From Gnetum montanum (taxonomy: Eukaryota; Plantae; Gnetophyta), in the NCBI GenBank assembly GCA_015680685.1, contig MNCI01000690.1, positions 701,888 through 765,887 of the forward strand: a DNA stretch of 64,000 nt, read 5' to 3'. The notes beneath the pieces were generated by a model. That model was not told the DNA's origin. It did not search any database and saw only the letters and a list, made by a program, of their open reading frames with translations. This document shows, in pieces, positions 32,400 through 47,500 of this stretch (positions are counted from its first letter, which is position 1; each line of letters starts with the position of its first letter). The translations under genes were made by a program, and so were the position numbers.

Positions 32400-35300
32400 T
32401 GATACTATGCTTAATGAATTGGAGAATGCATGACTATGTTGGGCCAATGTATTCACTAGTAGGACCCAACGTAGTCACAAGAAAAAGTGCCAAATTTTTC
32501 TCAAAACAACCTTGGAATGACCGACCTCGTCCAAACTCCCTCGGCAAATCTATAGCTTCATACCATGGCTTGCTAAGGCCTAAAAGTGATAAAATCTAAT
32601 ATTGTTTGACTAGTATTGTCCAAGGTTTATCAAATGTATTCCATTTTGATGGATTTGGCCTTATTTCATGGAGTTTTGACTTGTTTTGACCCTGTTTTGC
32701 ATTTTTGGTTCTTATCATCATCAACTAACCTCATCTAGTATTTAGTTTCATCACGTTCATCTTTGTTTTCACTATTATAGCCTATGTTGCCTTCTATCTA
32801 GCTATTTATTGGTGTTAAGTAATGGGGTTTGATCAGGTTTGACCATCATTTGACACCATGTAACCATGACCTAGCAAGGCATTAAACTAGCAACATGGCC
32901 TACCAAGGCCTTAAACTAGAAACATGGCCTACTAAGGCCTAAAACTAGTAAAATTATAATCATAGTTGATCATGTTTGACCTTATACTACCCCTAGTGAC
33001 CTTCATTGATCATGTTTTGTCATATTTTGACATTAATTTAATTTTTTGATCCACTTTTACATTATTACTAAATTATTTTACAATATATTTTTTATGTTAT
33101 TTAACAATTTTATTATACAGATGTTACTTGATGGGCATATGTTGTCATGCGGGACTAAGTAATGAGGATAAGAGAGCAAATTGGACTAGCCTCAAAGCCT
33201 AAATAGACCCATCTCATGATGATGTTAGGCCAAGATATCCTAAGCCTTTGGAACCATTTTACTATACAACATTAACATCCTAAAGAAGCTTGATGATCAT
33301 TAACCTTGGAGCCAAAAACATCACAGAGGGTTCCGTAGTCAGTGTTCCCATTTAAGACCATGATGGTGATGAGAAAACACATAGGACCAAGTTCCTCATC
33401 ATAACTTAAGCCTACTCATGGCCTCATCAAACCCCTACAATGCAACATTAAAGCCATCACATAGCCCTGATTACATCTAACACTCACATGTTTACTTGCA
33501 GTGTTGTTTACCATTGTTAATAGGTTGCAATGACTAACTGATGATTAATGATTTTGATGGTCTACAACAAGCAAGCCTACATGACATCTTTTTCATGATA
33601 AAGGAACATCTTTCCATGACTTTCTAAGGCCTTAAACTTGCAACATGACCTTCCAAGCCTTAAATTGGCAACATGGTTCACTAAGACCTTAGACTGGCAC
33701 CACAGCCTACCAAGGCCTTAAACTGGCAACACATGTAACCTTTGGTAGCCAGCTGTACTAAATTATTCTACATGGCCTTATGTATTTCATTGTAACAACG
33801 TGGTTTCTTTGCTTGGTTTTCTTATCCTCTTGGAGTTGTGTTTGTAGGATGAAGCTTGGAGTCATCATGGAGGTGCAACTCATCATAGCGACAGGTCACC
33901 ACGTGATCTTGATGTGCAAGACTCAGTGAATTTTTCCTATAGTGCCAAGAGTGTTTGTTCCACATCATTTCCATTATCATTCACTTGAGCCCAATCCCAT
34001 AGCCTAATTATAACCTTACTTACCTTGGATGATAATTTTAATTGATGCTTAACACTCATGCACTATGGTTGTATGACAATCCTTCATCATGCTTCACCTT
34101 CAAGTTCATTGAATGTAACACACCCCATTCAATGGGAAACCATCTATTCCACTGAGTGTAACACATCTCACTTGATGAGAAAACTAAATCAAAATTGGGT
34201 TTGGAAAAGAAACCCAATGGAGGTCTCACCCCTCAGAATAAGGAAAAAAAAAACAATGGGAAAGTAAACTACCAAGAAGCCAAATGGCCAATGTCTCCAA
34301 ACATACAAAGGGAGGAGCCTAATGGTCATAGAAACCTTGGAGCTAAGTATTGGATCCTCAAACACATTTGCTGAGTGACCAACACTTCTAAAGATGAAGT
34401 GTCAAAAACACTGATAGACCAACATGTTTGTGATGTAGCCATGATGTCAATAACTAGGATGCATTGTTAACCTTCATGAGAATTTTCCTATGACATCACT
34501 GCCATTTTACCATCATAGCCTTATCCTGTCATCACAAGTACTCTTGAGCATGATTTGACACTACTGGATCAAGTATGGAGAGGAAACATTGATGATGGAC
34601 CTATAGTGGTGTTTTTTATTGTTTGTTGATATCTATTGGCTCAATCCTCCAAACACCAACAAAGAGGGGTTAATGAAACACCATCAAATTTCATGTTTCA
34701 ACCTTTATTTCCCAACTTGGGGTAAGAATTCTTTATAAATGTGGGATATGCAAACCAAGAGTTGCAATCTTACATACTTCAGTTTTTTGGAGCCAAAAAA
34801 ATGCTTCAAAAGTTATTTTCTTACTTCCCAAGTAAAAATGGTATCCCATGTCCATATTTTAGCTTGAAAAGCCCAAAAACACCTCTAGAATGACTAAAAT
34901 TGGCATTTTCATGGGTTTTTGTAGGGGTGTAGCCCTAACTACGTTAGAGCCATTTTCAGTAGACACAATAGCTACAATAGACATAGTAACTATAGTAGAC
35001 AGTGGTGTTTTAGTAGCTAGCATAGTTACTACCAAGACCTGGTAGAAGTGCAATGTTGGGATTATTGGAATTTCCATTTTTTCTGACAATGGCCAATGTA
35101 GTCATCTCAAGTCTTCAATAGCTAGTGTAGATAGCATTCTTCACTAGGCACAACACTTTCTAACGGATTCTACCATTTTTGTAGTTTAAAACTTTTTCTA
35201 GATTTTCCACCACTTTTTCCATTTTTCATTAACCTTAGCGTAGTCTACCAATGCTAACATAGTAGGAATGGTATAAGCATAGTCACAACAGTTTTTTTTT

Positions 35301-36282
35301 ACTATTTATAGTAAATAGATGAATTTTGTGATCATAGTCCATTCCAAACTTACCACAGCTAGTAACTATGCTGGGAGAAGATGACCATTATAAGTTGCAC
35401 ATTGACACCAATTTATCAACAATCATGGTAGTTATGCAAAAGTTTGAAAATAGCAACCCTACCATATAAAAAACCCAACATCAATACCATTTTTAGGGTT
35501 CCCAACTTTGGACAGTTCTGAACACTTTTGCATTTCCAACACTTTGGCATTTTGGAACCTTCATAGTAGTTACAAACATCCATAATCATCAAAGCCCATT
35601 ACAACGCTTGTAACCTTTCTTACACTTTTAGCAATATAAACGAGTACTATACTAGGCACAAAGAGTTCCACATAGCAGCCATTGCACCAAAACTATAATC
35701 CCATTTCCATTACCCGATTGCAAATCTTGGTGGAAGTCAATAGAGGGTTGTTGAGAACTAGAGCTAGGAAGAAGCCAAATCATGGATTTGTAGTAGGATG
35801 TAGCCTACCTTCTTCAATGGACTTCAAGCTTCCATCAACAACCTCTTGTGCTTTTGGCAAAGAACTTGTACTTTGTGAACCTTCATTCTTTATTTTTTAT
35901 AAAGTTTATTATTCATGTTGTAAAAGTTTTAGTTTAAATTTTTGTTTCTACACTTATTTTTCTTTGGATCTACAGCATAAATACCATTTCTATTTCATTT
36001 TTAAAGCCATTTATGTTTCCATTTGACCAATTCCATCTATGTTTTATATTTTCATTTGACTAGTTCCATCTACATTTTATGTTTTCATTTTTGTTTTCAC
36101 TTTCAATTTTATCTATGATTATGTTTACATTTTCACAACTATTTCTATTCACCTTCTATAAGTCCCTGGGTGATTGGCAAGACCATACAAGGTACCCTAA
36201 GTTCTATTTTCTAGAGTCCCTTGGGATTTAGGTTTAAAATTGTTCTAGTGCTCAGATCTTTCAATTTTTCCATTGTAGCAAC
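32400..36282 (+). mobile_element. Tat-type element deletion derivative (non-coding internal region, PPT, 3' LTR 34674-36282)
   Basis: 33760-36282 aligns in reverse complement with 52789-54930. PPT AAAGAGGGG then TGAAACACC. Short GGCCTTAAACT.GCAACA repeats at 32870-32950 and 33625-33730. No pol. Confidence 0.75.
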
Positions 36283-36303
36283 CAAGATTTCCAACTCCAA
36301 CAT

Positions 36304-37157
36304 TATGAAAGATCATAATCTTGTTCCAACAAGGTGTATGATACTCATGAGGATAAATAACTTAGAAGAGAATCTAAGAATAAGAATGAGCCATGTGCCA
36401 TAAGAATGAATAAAATATGATCTTTGAGATTTTAGAACTTTAAATCATGGATAAGAAAGAATGATCAAGATTCCAAGGAAACCACATAACCTTGGAATTA
36501 ATATTTAAAATTCAATATAAGAGAGATGTGTATGTGTGGTCAACCAAAATTTAATGGTTAAATTATCATGTTCAAATATTCAACTTTATTAAGTGGAAAA
36601 CTTGATTAATGAAAAATAGGAATGTTTAAAGAATAGGTTTTTCCTAACCTAAATTGATATTAATGCAGTATCATTCATCCTTTGTAAGACTTCAATGCAA
36701 AATTTGGAAGTGTTGTTTATTACTTCTTAAAATATGAATGTGTAAAAGAACCCATGGAAGATGAACCTAATTTGAAGAATATGTTTCCATGAATTCAACA
36801 TGAAATTTCATTGGCAAGTATATATTCTACTGACTTCGAATCTTCAATTGCTAAGTCAAATATTAGTATTTAAGAATAGATAATGTTGATGGATGGTGGT
36901 ACTTATCAAGAACCATAGTTCATTAATTACAATGCCATGACTAATGAAGATGGGTCAACATCATTCTTCATTAAGATCACAGACTATATTTGGTATGATA
37001 TTTGATTCTTTCAAGTCACAAAGTTACTAGATTTAATTTTTAGATAAGAAGTTAAAAAGAAGAAAGATCAAGCCTTGCCATCCTAAACAAGGCCATTCAA
37101 TCATATACCACTTATGGAAGAACTATTATTAATTTCATTAATCCCCTAGGTTGATCA
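36304..37157 (+). pseudogene. CCR4-type EEP nuclease ORF, copy 2 (N-terminal deletion; supplies the middle region hidden by the gap in copy 1)
   Basis: VPTRCMI, FILC.DFNAKFGSVVYY (CGDFN motif), QEP*FINY, DYIWY, NHIPLMEEL. Confidence 0.85.
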
Positions 37158-37329
37158 AGATCAAGAAGTATCTTGACCTTACTTCTATCTATAGTCTTCC
37201 TATTTTCTTAATTTATATTTTAAGTAGATAAGTAAAATATTTTAAGGTAATGAAAGTTGGAAATAATGATTTTCCCTACCTTCACTTGGATAACTAAATA
37301 TGACTTGCTCTGTGTGTGACCCTAGTTAG

Positions 37330-37645
37330 GATACTAAATATGATACTAATTATTGTAATAATTATGAATTGCTCTGTGTGTGGTTCATAGATACTAATTA
37401 TTGCAACAATATGATACTAATTATTAGTAATAATTATGATATTGTAATAATTATATTGCAACTAATTATGTGTTGGTTCATTAAACCTTTCAATAAATAT
37501 GTGTTGGTTCATTAGATACTAATTATTGTAATAAATATTGTAATAATTATATTGCAACTAATTATTAGATACTAATTATGATATTGTAATAATTATGATA
37601 CATATTGTTCCAACAAGGTTTAAATATGACTTGCTCTGTGTGTGG
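37330..37645. repeat. Patchwork low-complexity insertion
   Basis: Shuffled GATACTAATTAT, ATTGTAATAATTAT and GTGT(T)GGTTCAT modules. Absent from copy 1 near 29130-29160. Confidence 0.85.
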
Positions 37646-38589
37646 TTCATAGATCTTTAATTCACTTTTTATAATTATCTTAGACAATGAGGTAAGTAAT
37701 GATAAAAATATTTAACTAATTTAATTTTTACATATTCTTCTCACTTATATTTTATTTGTAGAATAAGAAAGAGAATGTTATGATATATAACTTCAAGTCA
37801 AAAGGAGATATCATAGTATTAGAGCATAGGAGCATGGAAGGAGCATTGGAGCTAGAAAAAGATTATGAAAATGGACTAATTTGAGAATGAAAGAAACCTA
37901 AGGGGGATAGATTATCACATTCCCATTCCTGAATGGTGCTGTTGCATAAGGAAGATTGTATTTCTTCATAACAAGTGTCAAAATTATTGTAATAAGATCT
38001 AAAAGATCATATTGTAGTTAAGACATGAAAGGATATGTTCTAATAACAAGCATATCTCTTGAGGTGACCTTTGGGGATATGACCTAAGGTATTTATACTT
38101 GGGCATTAAAGGTCATATCAGCATGGAGTTGTGGAGCTAGTAAACACAAGTAACAAGTGCTAGGTGAACTAGAATAGGAAGAGGATTGGCCATCCCTTCT
38201 AGCTGGTGATAGGCCTAATCATGATGATAGTGCTGGATTACCTCTAGGGAATAGATGTTGAAGGAAGATAACCCTAAGAAACACTCAGAGCATAATCTAG
38301 ATACACTATTTTACATCAATAAAGAATTCTTTTCTTTTTCATTATATATTTTCCTTATTACTTTCTTTGCACATAATGTAAAATGTTACATATATTCGAC
38401 ATTTGCAATGACATAGGGGAATGAGATGTCATACCTAATGATAAAAAAACCTTTAAAAAATTATATATATATATATATATATGGATTAGGGTAAAATAAT
38501 ATTACAATTACCCATAAATCTAGAAATTTTCTATATTTTATTAAAATAAAATCTTATTATATAATAAAAGTACAAAAGTATTATCTTCT

Positions 38590-41500
38590 ACTTTAGAAAA
38601 AACCAACATGAGTTGTCAAGAATACTCAAGTTCAAGAAATATAAGGGAGAATATAATACACATGATACAAATTAAACCCGTGTTACCATGATGACAAATA
38701 GAAAGAATATTTATAATTTTATGGATCTTATGATTATGAGAAATATAATAATAATAAACTCATATGCATTGTAATCCNCTAGGTGAACTAGAATAGGAAG
38801 AGGATTGGCCATCCCTTCTAGCTGGTGATAGGCCTAATCATGATGATAGTGCTGGATTACCTCTAGGGAATAGATGTTGAAGGAAGATAACCCTAAGAAA
38901 CACTCAGAGCATAATCTAGATACACTATTTTACATCAATAAAGAATTCTTTTCTTTTTCATTATATATTTTCCTTATTACTTTCTTTGCACATAATGTAA
39001 AATGTTACATATATTCGACATTTGCAATGACATAGGGGAATGAGATGTCATACCTAATGATAAAAAAACCTTTAAAAAATNCCTCTTGGGAATAATTGCA
39101 ATTCTTGTGTTACAATCCCTCTTGTGAAAAAGTGAAAAACCATATATGAAATGCATTAAAAATGGCTATTAGTCACAACCTTGACAACCCAAGATCATGC
39201 CATATAGTTATGACCTTCTTAGATAAGGAACAAATCATGATAGCCTAATGAAATAGAAATCAAATAAATATTTTTATTATTTTTAATGTTTAAGTCATCA
39301 ATGATAGAATAAGGAAAAATCATGAGCTTTATTTACCATGCAAACATTGGAATTCACATTAACTGAATGATTCTAAACTTTATAAGTAAGATAGTATTCT
39401 AACAGAGTCTAGCCACACTTGTTAAATTAATGACTTAAAACACGCATTAGATAAAGAAGAAAATCAACTTACCCAAGGGAGGAAGAGCTTTTCATATAAA
39501 ACTAGATGTGAAAAGCCAAATAGAAATGCTATGAATGAATTGTTAAGTGTTAGAGCTTATCCTAGGTATTTACAATTTTTATAACATAACAACAGATGTT
39601 TTCTAGTGCTCAAGTAAAGATTGAGAACTTAGAAGGAGGGTTGAATAAGTTACACCAATTTGAATATAAAATTGCACATAAATGTACATGGTTCTGTAAC
39701 TTGGGTATGTCCATGCTTGGTGGGTAGAATCCTTGCAAACCTCTAGACTTTTTTTCTTCAAAAATGTGGTTTCAGAGACATCTTAACCTTTACAAAGTTT
39801 GAGCTCCACTAGGAGTGTTTTTTCTCAAGAAACACACTTAATCCTACAAGATCCCGACAAGCTCAAAATGTGGTTTCAAGGATCTCACAACCTTTGCAAT
39901 GACTTAAGCTTCACATAGAGTGTTTTCTCAAGAAAAATACTCAACCTTGTAAGGTCCTAACAAGCTCAAGGGATTCCTTCTCACAAGAAGCATATCAAAC
40001 ACATAGGACTTACAAATGGAGAATAAAAAATTGAGGTAATGTAACTACTGATTCCTTGCTATGAGGCTTTTGACAATTATAATATAACTCACAAAGATAG
40101 ATAATTAAAGAACAAATCAATTTACAAGATGTATAAAATGAAGGAATATTCGTGTTAATAGTGCTTCTTTTTTTCATAAAGATATTCTTTCTTTTATAGC
40201 CTCTATCTTTATCAAATGACCATTGGTGTTCATATAATAACTAGAAAATGGCTAGTTGGAATGTCTCATTCAAGCATGGGATGTTTTCCTAAGTTTTTAT
40301 TACTTGTAGGTAGGATGTCTCACTTTTTTTGGGACGTCTGCTATTTTTTTGGAATGTCTTTCTTGAAATTGAGCTTTTGCCACTAGGACATCTACTATTC
40401 TTTTGGGATGTCTTGGAAAAAACTAGAACATCTTCTTTTAAATTGTATATATCTTCAATTCTTACATTGTTTGTTGAAACTTTGATAATCAAATTGACAA
40501 CTCAGCTCTCATCTTGGTTTGAACATATCTTAGTATTCACCATGATTCTATCTTGCTCTCATCATACTCTTGTCAAGATCTTGCTTGTATCTTATCTTGT
40601 TCTTGTTTTGATTACATTATCCTATTATCTTTTTCAAGTCCTACAAAATTCCACATGTCCATTTCCCACATTCTCCATTTTCCAAGATTTTGACATACCA
40701 AAAGATTAACAAAAGCTCCCTTTTGATGATGTCCAAAACTTGAGAAAATGGATTAGCATAACATAACATCATATGAAATAATTATAGCACAAACATTTGT
40801 ATGTATATATAGCTAAGGATGAAAACAAGATGGATAGTGGTTAATAAATACAAATCCTTTAGTATCAATCTCATAGGGCTAATTTAGAGCTACTCATATC
40901 TATTCACAAAGTAAGTCAACATATAATTCATTTAGCACAAAGATACCTAATCAAAGTCTTTCAAATTTTGGTCTAAAATATTTCCATTTAGAACAAAATG
41001 CTGAACATCAAATGCTGAGCACTGATGATCAAGTATTTTGTCTCTAAAAAAACTATGATAAACAAAAAATGTGTGGCCAAGAATATATCATGAATAATAG
41101 GCACTAGTAACCAAAGCACAATCTATTGTATATGCCTAGAAATCTCAAATCTACATTAGTATGAACACTATATTCACAAAGATAATAATCATAACCAAGT
41201 CTCAACAAATATTCTTCATCATGTACAAACTATGACCAATAACTTAAGATAACATCATGAACTTATCATAAAACTTTCTTTCCCTTTTTGGACATCAGCA
41301 AAACGATAACACAAATGGATTCCATTGGAAGGAGAGAGAAATAACACATACATCTCAAAAATACTAGGAGAAAAATCTTGAAATATACTTAAGTCAAAGT
41401 CTCAAAAGGATCCAACATTCATAAGAAAGAATAGCTCCATAACCTATCAAGTCTAATATCTCAACAAGATTCCTTATCATATCAAGTATATATATCTAAA

Positions 41501-44500
41501 GTACAAAATCAAAGAGAACTTCTCAAGGTAATATATATATATCTAAAAAATATATTTATCCAACATAATCTTATACTTACATATTTTTATCTTTGATTCA
41601 TTGCTAGAATCAGACATAGTTAGAGCAGGCTTGTAAGACTCTACGTTCTTATTTTTTTATGAGTGCTAAAGTGGAAAGTATTGCTACTTGAATGTCTGTG
41701 AGAGTCTTAGAAAAACCCCCCTACATATGTGCTAGATTTCCTCCCCCTTTCTCTAAATACAATGCCTCTGTTGCAAAATAGTATCCTCTTCTTAAGTCAT
41801 CTTGCTCCTTGTAGAGATGCATTCTTGATTCCAAAATGATAATATAGAACTAGGAGTAAATTATGCATCAATAGTAATCATAGTACTAAATTTTTATTGC
41901 AAGGTCAAGATCAAGTATGGGAACATTAGGAAACCAAAATCTCCCATCAATAGTACCTTTCAATGAATTTCACAATTCAAATATCTTCAAGAAAAAAAAA
42001 ACATAGATAACATAGATATAAGATCAAAAAGCATGGATGCAACAATGATTTTCAATAAATAAAATCTTCTAAATAAGCTACAAATTCATCCCTTGTCAAA
42101 CTAAATATTCAAGTAATAGTTGTTGAAAAAATTTCCAAATATTCATCAATTTATCCTTTTATAAATTGATAGGATTTTATGAATATATAAAGAAGGTAGA
42201 AACATTTTACTCCTAGTGTTAAGTCTAAAAATTAATATTGATACTATAATCAACCATGTAAAATATAACAAAATGAGATTATCCTACTAAAAAGAGAATG
42301 AAGTAGATAGTGATACCATGTGTGTTTTCAGTTATAGATTCTTCATTAGTCAATAGCCAATTTAATGCTTGCTAGAGACTTGATGGTCATTTTCCTTTAT
42401 TTGCAACTTAACAACTTGTAAGATCAAGTGAGGATTTCTTGGGATTTGCCAAGATTTCCAATTAGTATCATCAATTTAATAGATTTTCATACCACTAGTA
42501 TTTCTAAAAATAAACTAATAAAAGCTAAGTCTAGCAAGTCAAGGAATAGAGATTATAATCATACTTGTCATTACTTATCTTACTTGCTCCTCAACATTGA
42601 CACAATTAAGTATGTTTAGCATGACGTCCTTTATTATAAAGTCTCTTATTTACTTGCATATGATCTTTATCGTTTTTGATATCAATGTATTTGTTTGAAT
42701 CTCTTATTTCCTTGGAGGCTACTACTACTTCAAGATTGTGTTTTTCTTTTAACTGAGAGGACTAATAATCTCCTCTAGTTAAGTGTTTTGATCCTCCAAT
42801 ATCATTGGTTCTTTTATCAATATGTGTAGTTATCTCTTCCTCTCATTTTTTCTCTTCATGTCTCCAAACTTTCTTACCCTACAAGTTATACTTTCTAGAC
42901 TTATTTTAATAAAATCATGTAGTTAATTTATAATGCTTTAACTATAAATAACAATGAGATTTCTTACAGTTAAAATTACCATAGTAAAAACACATAGTAT
43001 TTCTCATTTGAGTTGCATATGCAGACTTGGGTGTATACCTCCGATTTGGTGAACTACTTGTAGATGTCTTATAATGGAAATGATTTCTTAGTTCTCTTCT
43101 ATTGTTTGGGTCTCCAAATTGTCCCATCATGATTTGTAGAGTCTCCTTCCCTCGTAGAGTCTTCTTTTCTTTTGTTACCCTATCATTGATAAGCTTCAAA
43201 TCTACAAGATCCTTGTTAATCTTCTCATGGGAAAGAGTTAGCTTTTGTGCGTCAACCCTTATGTCTAAGTATTCCTTTTCAAGATTTGAACACTTCATAT
43301 TAAGTTGAGCTATCTATAGTTATTTACTATGCAAGGCTTTTTTTATACATAATTTCTAAAAGGAGATAATTTTATTACAAAGTAGATCATACCTTTCTTC
43401 AATGGTACTTTCACATTCTTCAGTTTCTTCTAGATTATTGGAAATGAGAGCTTGATGTGCAAGAGCCATATAGATAAAATGTGAGTTTGATGATGCATAA
43501 ACCATTTCTTCTTCATTGAACTCATCATCCCTTCTAGTGTAGAGATTTTTAGTCTTCTAATCTTATTCACATTCATCACTAGAGATTGGATCATTGAAGA
43601 GTTCTTGATAAGCCAAGGCTATGCACAAAATATGTGAATCTTTAGGTATATCATTTGTTTCTTCTTCATGATTCCAACTTGTATAGATGTTTCTTATTCT
43701 CCTTTCTTCACTAGACTCTTTCTCTTATAAATTTTAAGCATTGGGGTATTTGGAGGCCATATGGCCTCTTTCATCACATATCTAGCATTCCATAGAAGAG
43801 GTATCAAAATTTGAATTTTAGATTACCTCTTTTCGTACCTTTTCTACCCAATATGTTGCTAATGAGTTGAGTGCATCCATCTAGGATGAATAACCATACT
43901 ATGAACCTCATGCACTTAAATAACCCATGCATTAAAGCCTTCTAGTATGTGAAGTTGATCCCATTGAACATTGGTGGCTTGGTGTATGATGTTTCTTCCA
44001 TCATTCACTCTTGAGTTGTTACGCTCAAAATCAGTAGTACTAGGCTCTAATACCACTTGAAGATTGAAAAATTAAAAAAGGGGTTGAATTAATTCCACCA
44101 ATTCAAACATAAAATTGCACATAAATATACATGGTTCCCAAACTTAGGTATGTCCACACTCAGAAGGTAGAATCCTTACATACCTTTAGACATTATTTTT
44201 TTTAAAAAATATGGTTTCAAGAATATCACAACCTTTATAAAGTTTGAGCTCCATAAGGAGTGTTTTCTCTCAAGAAACACATTCAATCCTACAAGCTCCC
44301 AACAAGCTCAAAATGTGGTTTTAAAGATTCCACAATATTTACAATGACTTGAGCTTTGCATGGAGTGTTTTCTCTAATGAAACACACTCAACCCTATAAG
44401 GTCCTAACAAGCTTAAGGGATGCCTTCTTGCAAGAAGTATATCAACTCTACAAAGCTTACAAAAGGAGAATAAAGAGTCAATGAAAGAATGTAACTACAA

Positions 44501-47500
44501 TTACTAATTCCTTGCTATGATACTCTTGATAATTAAAATACAACTCATAAAGATAGAGGATTGAAGAACAAATCAATTAATACTATGTACACAATTAAGG
44601 AATATTCATGTGAATAGTACTTCTTTTTTTCATAAAGATATTATTTCTTTTATAGACTCTATCCTTACCAGATAATTTTTGGTGCTGGTAGTATGGTATA
44701 AAATGGCTAGTTGGGATATCTCATTTGATCTTGGGATATCTCCCTAAGTTTCTATTACTTGTAGGTGGGATGTCTCACTTTGGATGTTTCAACTATACTT
44801 GGGACATCTCCTATTTTTATGGGATGTCTTGCATGAGATTGAGCTTGTGCCACTAGGACATCTACTATTCTTATGGGACATATTGATAGATAGTAGAATA
44901 CCTTCTTTTTTCTTATATAAATCTTCCATTCTTGCATTATTTCATGAGACTTTGATAATCAAATTGATAATTCAACTCTCATATTGGTCTCAACATGTCT
45001 TGGTCTTCACCATGCTTCTATCTTGATCTGATCATACTCTTATCAAGCTCTTGTCTTTATCTTATCATGTTCTTGTCTAGATTACATTATTCTCTTACCT
45101 TTTATAGGTCCTACAAATTTCACAAGAACATTTTCCACATTCTCCACTTTCCAAGGTTTTGACATATCAAGAGGTCAACTTTAAGTGTTAATGAAGGTCT
45201 ATTAGTATAACCTAGATAACTCAAAATTAAATTGAATGCAACCTATGAGCAAAAGGACTAAACTAGGTCTACTAGAAGGGTGTGACAGTGCCCCTATGTT
45301 GATTCAATGGGTGCACTAATGTAGGGTATTTAGCACATCCCCTCCTAGTACATTTTGTTCATCAAGTGTAGATAAGAGCCAGAACACTAGGGAATATGTC
45401 ACAGGGTTTCTAGGATGTTTGAATGAAGCTGGAGACATCCTAAGAAGATTAAAACATGCATGAACCTTGAAAGTATGATATAGAAGCCTAGGATGCAAGC
45501 CTAAAAGATAGAAACCTCAACGAGACATGCGAAAAACACAAACATAGGATATGAAATACTTCCCAAGTCTAGGGCTTATAGTCAACTTACAAAATGTCAC
45601 TATATAACTCATCATTATTCTTCCAACCTAAGGGCATAGCCTAGGAAAACTTAATATGATCTTAAATTTTAAAAATAAAAAAATATAGCTTATTTATATT
45701 AGTATTAAGGTTTAGTATATTTGTAGCATGTTTAACATTGCTAAAATTAGATCTCTTTAAACATCATCATAAAACAATACAACATCATTATAATTATATA
45801 GTATGTTATTACCATGTAAGCATTATCTATAATACCCATTAATAGAGGTCATGCTAGTTTTGACTAATGGATTATATTATATGGAATGCAATCTAATCTA
45901 GTCCTAAGCTTTAAAGATAATGTTGAGCAGATTGCCAAGAACACCTATGTATATCATTGTGTTCAATAAATATAAAAGAGATTATAATATGCATGATACA
46001 ATGAATACACATATTTTCATGATGCTAGTAGAATAAATATTTATAATTTTATGTTTTATAATTTTTATATATTCTATGAATATAGAAATAAAATGATAAT
46101 AAGCATAAGCATACATGCATCGTAATTCCTTATGGAAATAGGCACAATGTTCATGTTGCATTCCCTCTTAGGGACAGGTACAACACCACATATGAAATGC
46201 AACAAAATGACTCTTAGTCATATCTTTAATGATTCAATGACATGCCATATAGTTATAACATTATTGGATAAAGAAAGAATTATCATAGCTTGATAATATA
46301 AAAAACTAAATAAATATTTTTAGTGTTTTAGTATTGAAGGCATCAATAGTAGAATGAGCAAAAATCATGAGCTTTAATCATTGTGTAAACACTAGACATT
46401 GCATTGATTAAACAATTTTGGACTATATAATCAAGGCAACACTTTAATAGAGTCTAGTTTCACTTGTAAAAGTGATGACTCAAAATACACATAAATAAAG
46501 AAGAAATTCAACTTATTCATGTGAGAAAAATCTCTTTATAGAAACTGGATAGTAAAAGTAAAATAAAAATAAAAGTTATATATATGATATGTGTGAGAAC
46601 TAATCAAAAGCATATACAATTTTCACTATGCAATAGTGGATGTTTGACAATGCCTAGGGGTTAACAGAAGTTTATCAACATATCCTTAGCTAATCAAAAC
46701 ATACTTTCATCACTTGAACCCAAACCTAGGCAAGTAGGGGATGAGTTGACATAGGAAAGTTAGTACATCCCCCTTCTAGAATTCTAAGTATTGATCTTGG
46801 ATGAAGTTCAAAATCCAAGGAAACATGCCAGAAGGACCTCAAGACATCCAAATGAGATTAGAAATGTATTAAGGAACTTGAGCCATGCAAAAAATACAAA
46901 AAGTATGATACAATAGATAAGGGGTCATACTTGGGAAACATAAAGCATAGCTAAACATGCTAGGACTAAATCATAGAACCTGAAATACTTCCCAAGTCTA
47001 GGGCTTATAATAAACTTACAAATTGCTACTTGACACCTCATCATTCATCCATGATTGAGTAAAGTTAGTTCCATAGCTTTAAAACTCAAGAAACAAAAAT
47101 AGGGACTTGACATATAACAAGATCAATTTGGATGAATTACAAATGCATAATACAAACCATGACTATGTTACAATGCAAGCCACCTCACAAAGATGTGCTA
47201 GGAAGTTGTGGCTAAGTATAGAATTCCCCTAGCATGTCTGCATGAAATGAAAAGATGTCAGAAGTGCATGGTGTAGACATGTGAAATTTCTACAAGGACA
47301 TCTTAAGTTCTGCCACCTTGGCCTCATAGATGGGTTAATACTACATATCATTTATTCCTTCATCTTCTTCCATGTTATTCATCTTCAAATCATCTTCTAT
47401 CAACTTCTTTGGCACTCATTTGAGAGATCTTATTGGACATGTGTTCAACCTAAAGATCAAGAGCATGACTAGCTACCTCTAGATCTCTCTCTTAAGAGAG

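Larger units (their letters stand above)
36283..38433 (+). mobile_element. Family X copy 2, 3' part with LTR 37913-38433
   Basis: Colinear with 28060-29980. PPT AAGGGGGATAGA. Confidence 0.85.

Noticed and set aside
38779-39080. Apparent extra partial family X LTR
   Set aside because: It is identical to 38160-38461 and bracketed by single N bases at 38778 and 39081. The host LTR reads through when it is removed, so it is most likely a scaffolding artefact.
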